From assembly GCA_963664825.1 (NCBI GenBank), contig OY761614.1:2944001-3008000 (forward strand): DNA of 64,000 bases, read 5' to 3'. This document shows positions 61,441 through 64,000 of this stretch, in pieces (the stretch's first letter is position 1; each line of letters begins with the position of its first letter). The notes beneath the pieces were generated by a model that was not told the DNA's origin, made no database searches, and worked only from the letters and a program-made list of their open reading frames with translations. The DNA is from an uncultured Holophaga sp. (lineage in GTDB: Bacteria; Acidobacteriota; Holophagae; Holophagales; Holophagaceae). The position numbers and the translations under genes were made by a program.

Positions 61441-61732
61441 TTCCGTGACTCACCACGGGTGGGCGATTCCGGCCTGCAACACGTCCGTGTCCCGATGGCA
61501 GCGTGTGAGGCTGCGGTTCCACTGCAGGGGCCCGGCCCCGTGGCCCCGAGGCATCCGATAACTATCCAGCAGACTTTGGCCTGGTCACATCACACGGCCC
61601 TGCGTCCATCACAAGACTCAGCACCAGCGGGTACGCCGGCAGAGGCAAATCCGGCGGAGATCCCAAACGACCAGGGGCCTGGGAGAGATGCTCCCTGGCC
61701 CCTGCTTCGTGGACGCAAAACCGTGATTACAG

Positions 61733-62281
61733 CTAGAACCGGTAGAGGAAGGAGGCGCCCAGAGTCGGCGAGGTGAACTCAGGCTTGGCCCCGAAGAGTT
61801 CCGGCTTGTACTTCGCCCAGGTGTAGCGCAATTCTGCCCCCATATGCGGCGTAAACATGTAACCTGCGGAGGCCGAAGCGAAGGCCGTATTGGGGGTGTC
61901 GTCTTCGCCCAGGATTTCAAATTTGGCCATCCCGAACCCGGCGCCGCACCCAACGTAAAGTCCCTTGTTCACCTGCTGGGAGAAGAAGTAGTTGTAGTCC
62001 GCTCCGACCTGCAGCATCTGGACCCTGCGCGTCGGACTGCTCTTTTCGAAGTAGGTGTAGTCGAGTCGCGGCAGGACGGCGTGGCCGCCCTGGAAGCCGA
62101 TCAGCATATGGGCGCCGATCCCGTACCCTGGAGCATCGTCGAGGATCTGCTTCTCCCCGAGGTCGCTCATGGGAAGGGCCACTGTCGCCTGGAGTCCGTA
62201 CTTGATCTCCTGGGCGCCGAGACCGGCGGTGACGAAGAACAGTCCCGCGGAGGCGAGCAGGAATCTGGGGGTGTGTCTCAT
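61733..62281 (-). CDS. Outer membrane beta-barrel protein
   Basis: Signal peptide, amphipathic strands, C-terminal YRF; AGGAG RBS. Confidence 0.85.
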   Translation of the reverse strand: MRHTPRFLLASAGLFFVTAGLGAQEIKYGLQATVALPMSDLGEKQILDDAPGYGIGAHMLIGFQGGHAVLPRLDYTYFEKSSPTRRVQMLQVGADYNYFFSQQVNKGLYVGCGAGFGMAKFEILGEDDTPNTAFASASAGYMFTPHMGAELRYTWAKYKPELFGAKPEFTSPTLGASFLYRF

Positions 62282-62525
62282 CGCTTTCTCCTTTGCCCGG
62301 CTGGGGGCGGAAGCGTTGGAGTGGATGCCCTGAGACCCAGGGCACGAATGGGATCGATCGTTCGATCCATTCCGTAAATGTCATCCAATCGAAATCGCCC
62401 GTCAATGCCATGCAGTGGACACTTGTTAAAAGGGGCAATATTTTCTAGTCAAAATAAATTTGACAGCAGTGATCGATCGATCGATTCTATGCTAGGATTG
62501 ATCGATCGATCCTGGACCTCCACCC

Positions 62526-63221
62526 ATGCCGCCCTCTCCCTTCCTCCCAAACGTCGATACCCGTGAGGCCCTTCTCGATGCGGCCCTGCTCTGCTTTGCC
62601 AAATACGGGTACGAAGCCACCTCCATTCGGCTGATCGCATCCATGGCTGGCAAGAATGTCTCGCTCCTCAGCTATCACTTCGGCAGCAAGGAAGGGCTGT
62701 ACCGCGCGGTGATCCAGCACATGCTCGCCCGCTTCGCCAAGGTCTTCCCGGAGGGCGGCTTCCCCATGGCCGCGTTTGGAGCCCCTCGACAACGCCTCAG
62801 GGCCTACATCCGGTGGTTCCTGTCGGATCTCGAGGACGCCCCGGCCCCGCAGGATCCGAGGCGGCATGCGGCTCGACGCCTCATGCTGAGCGAGCTCCAC
62901 TTCCCCAAGGCCGAAGTGCTGGATCTGCTCCAGGCCCATCTGGAGGATTCCGTCCAGGAACTCCGGGGAATCATCCGCACGATTCGGCCCGATCTCGGCG
63001 CCTCGGAAGTGGACTTCTGGGGCCTCACGGTCCAGGGGTGCTGCCTGACGCCGCTCTTCGAGGGCTTCAACAGCCTGATCTGGCCAGGGTCCAAGCCGTT
63101 CCTCGATCTGGAAGAACTGGCCGAGCGCTTCACCGATCTCATCCACATGGGTCTCACGCGCCACGCGGAACGGCCGTGCGGGTCCCTTCGACTCTTCACC
63201 CCTCCACGGAGCCTCACATGA
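62526..63221 (+). CDS. TetR/AcrR family regulator
   Basis: FAKYGYEATSIRLIA and YHFGSKEGLY motifs; paralog of 60781. Confidence 0.9.
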   Translation: MPPSPFLPNVDTREALLDAALLCFAKYGYEATSIRLIASMAGKNVSLLSYHFGSKEGLYRAVIQHMLARFAKVFPEGGFPMAAFGAPRQRLRAYIRWFLSDLEDAPAPQDPRRHAARRLMLSELHFPKAEVLDLLQAHLEDSVQELRGIIRTIRPDLGASEVDFWGLTVQGCCLTPLFEGFNSLIWPGSKPFLDLEELAERFTDLIHMGLTRHAERPCGSLRLFTPPRSLT

Positions 63222-64000
63222 AACGTCCCCCCCTCCACGCGGGTCTGGCCTGGGCCAGTTCCATCGCCCTCCTCGGCCTCCCCTTGGCCCTCGGCTGCCA
63301 GAAGAAGATGCAGCTCCCTCCCCCGGAGGTCTATGTCCAGGCCTCAGGGCAGAGGGACGTGCCTGTGGTGATGGAACTGGTCGGCCAGACCACCGGTTCT
63401 CTCGACGTGGAGATCCGCGCTCGCGTGGAGGGCTACCTGGAGGGCATCCACTATCAGGAGGGGCAGCAGGTCAAGAAGGGCGATCTGCTCTTCACCATCG
63501 AATCCAAGACCTTCCAGTCCATCGTGAGCCAGCGCCGCGCCGATCTCGCCTCCGCCCAGGCCCGTTTGCATCTGGCGGATCTTGAAGTGAACCGGCTGAA
63601 ACCCCTGGCGGAGCAGCAGGCCGTGAGCGTCCAGAACTTCGATTCGGCCCTCTCGGTGCAGAAAACCTCTCGTGCGTCTGTGGACGCCGCCAAGGCGGCC
63701 CTGGACAAGGCCCTCCTGGACCTCAGCTACACCCACATCACGGCGCCCAATGCGGGACTCGCGGACTTCGCTAAGGTCAAGCCGGGAAACCTCGTAGGCC
63801 GCGGGGATTCCACACTGCTCACGACGATCTCCAACGTGGACCCCATCCACGTGGTGATCGGCATGCAGGAGGGTGACTACCTGAAGCTGGTGGAGCGGGC
63901 TCGCAAGGGGGATCGACCCATGGAGGGCAAGGGGGCTCCAAGGGCGGAACTGATCCTTTCGGATGGCAGCGTCCATCCCTCCAAGGGCTACTTCGACGCG
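63218..64000 (+). CDS. RND efflux periplasmic adaptor subunit (3'-partial)
   Basis: Manual translation: lipobox LALGC, VEIRARVEGYL, EGQQVKKGDLLF, LDLSYTHITAP. Confidence 0.9.
   Translation, partial: MKRPPLHAGLAWASSIALLGLPLALGCQKKMQLPPPEVYVQASGQRDVPVVMELVGQTTGSLDVEIRARVEGYLEGIHYQEGQQVKKGDLLFTIESKTFQSIVSQRRADLASAQARLHLADLEVNRLKPLAEQQAVSVQNFDSALSVQKTSRASVDAAKAALDKALLDLSYTHITAPNAGLADFAKVKPGNLVGRGDSTLLTTISNVDPIHVVIGMQEGDYLKLVERARKGDRPMEGKGAPRAELILSDGSVHPSKGYFDA

Overview
GC-rich bacterial chromosomal window. Gene content suggests Acidobacteriota, possibly Holophagaceae/Geothrix-like (inference only). 1-18.6 kb is core genes: coaX, birA, HIT, hybrid histidine kinase, nnr, tsaE, rmuC, pepA, IHF/HU, CsgG-like, cyclophilin, phosphosugar mutase, DivIVA-like, yggT, bshA. 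A tRNA-Met(CAT) at 18559-18635 is the integration site of a ~25 kb element bounded by a 47-bp direct repeat (18591-18637 / 43561-43607). The element carries a tyrosine integrase with matching arm-type repeats at both ends, an RHH-relaxase-coupling protein module, RadC, a phage-like replication module, an IS4, a lower-GC Ser/Thr kinase + TPR operon abutting type I restriction (HsdR) relics (best candidate for an undescribed defence system), and a 2828-aa Ig/beta-barrel/Kelch/Zn-peptidase protein with in-frame Tyr/Asn/Gly microsatellite loops. Beyond attR lie relics of a second integrative element, a TonB-receptor / membrane Ser/Thr kinase / MocR (split by IS66) / TlpA cassette, dsbD-trxB-trxA, two TetR-family genes, an outer-membrane barrel and the start of an RND adaptor. 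All calls come from motif recognition by eye; no searches were run.
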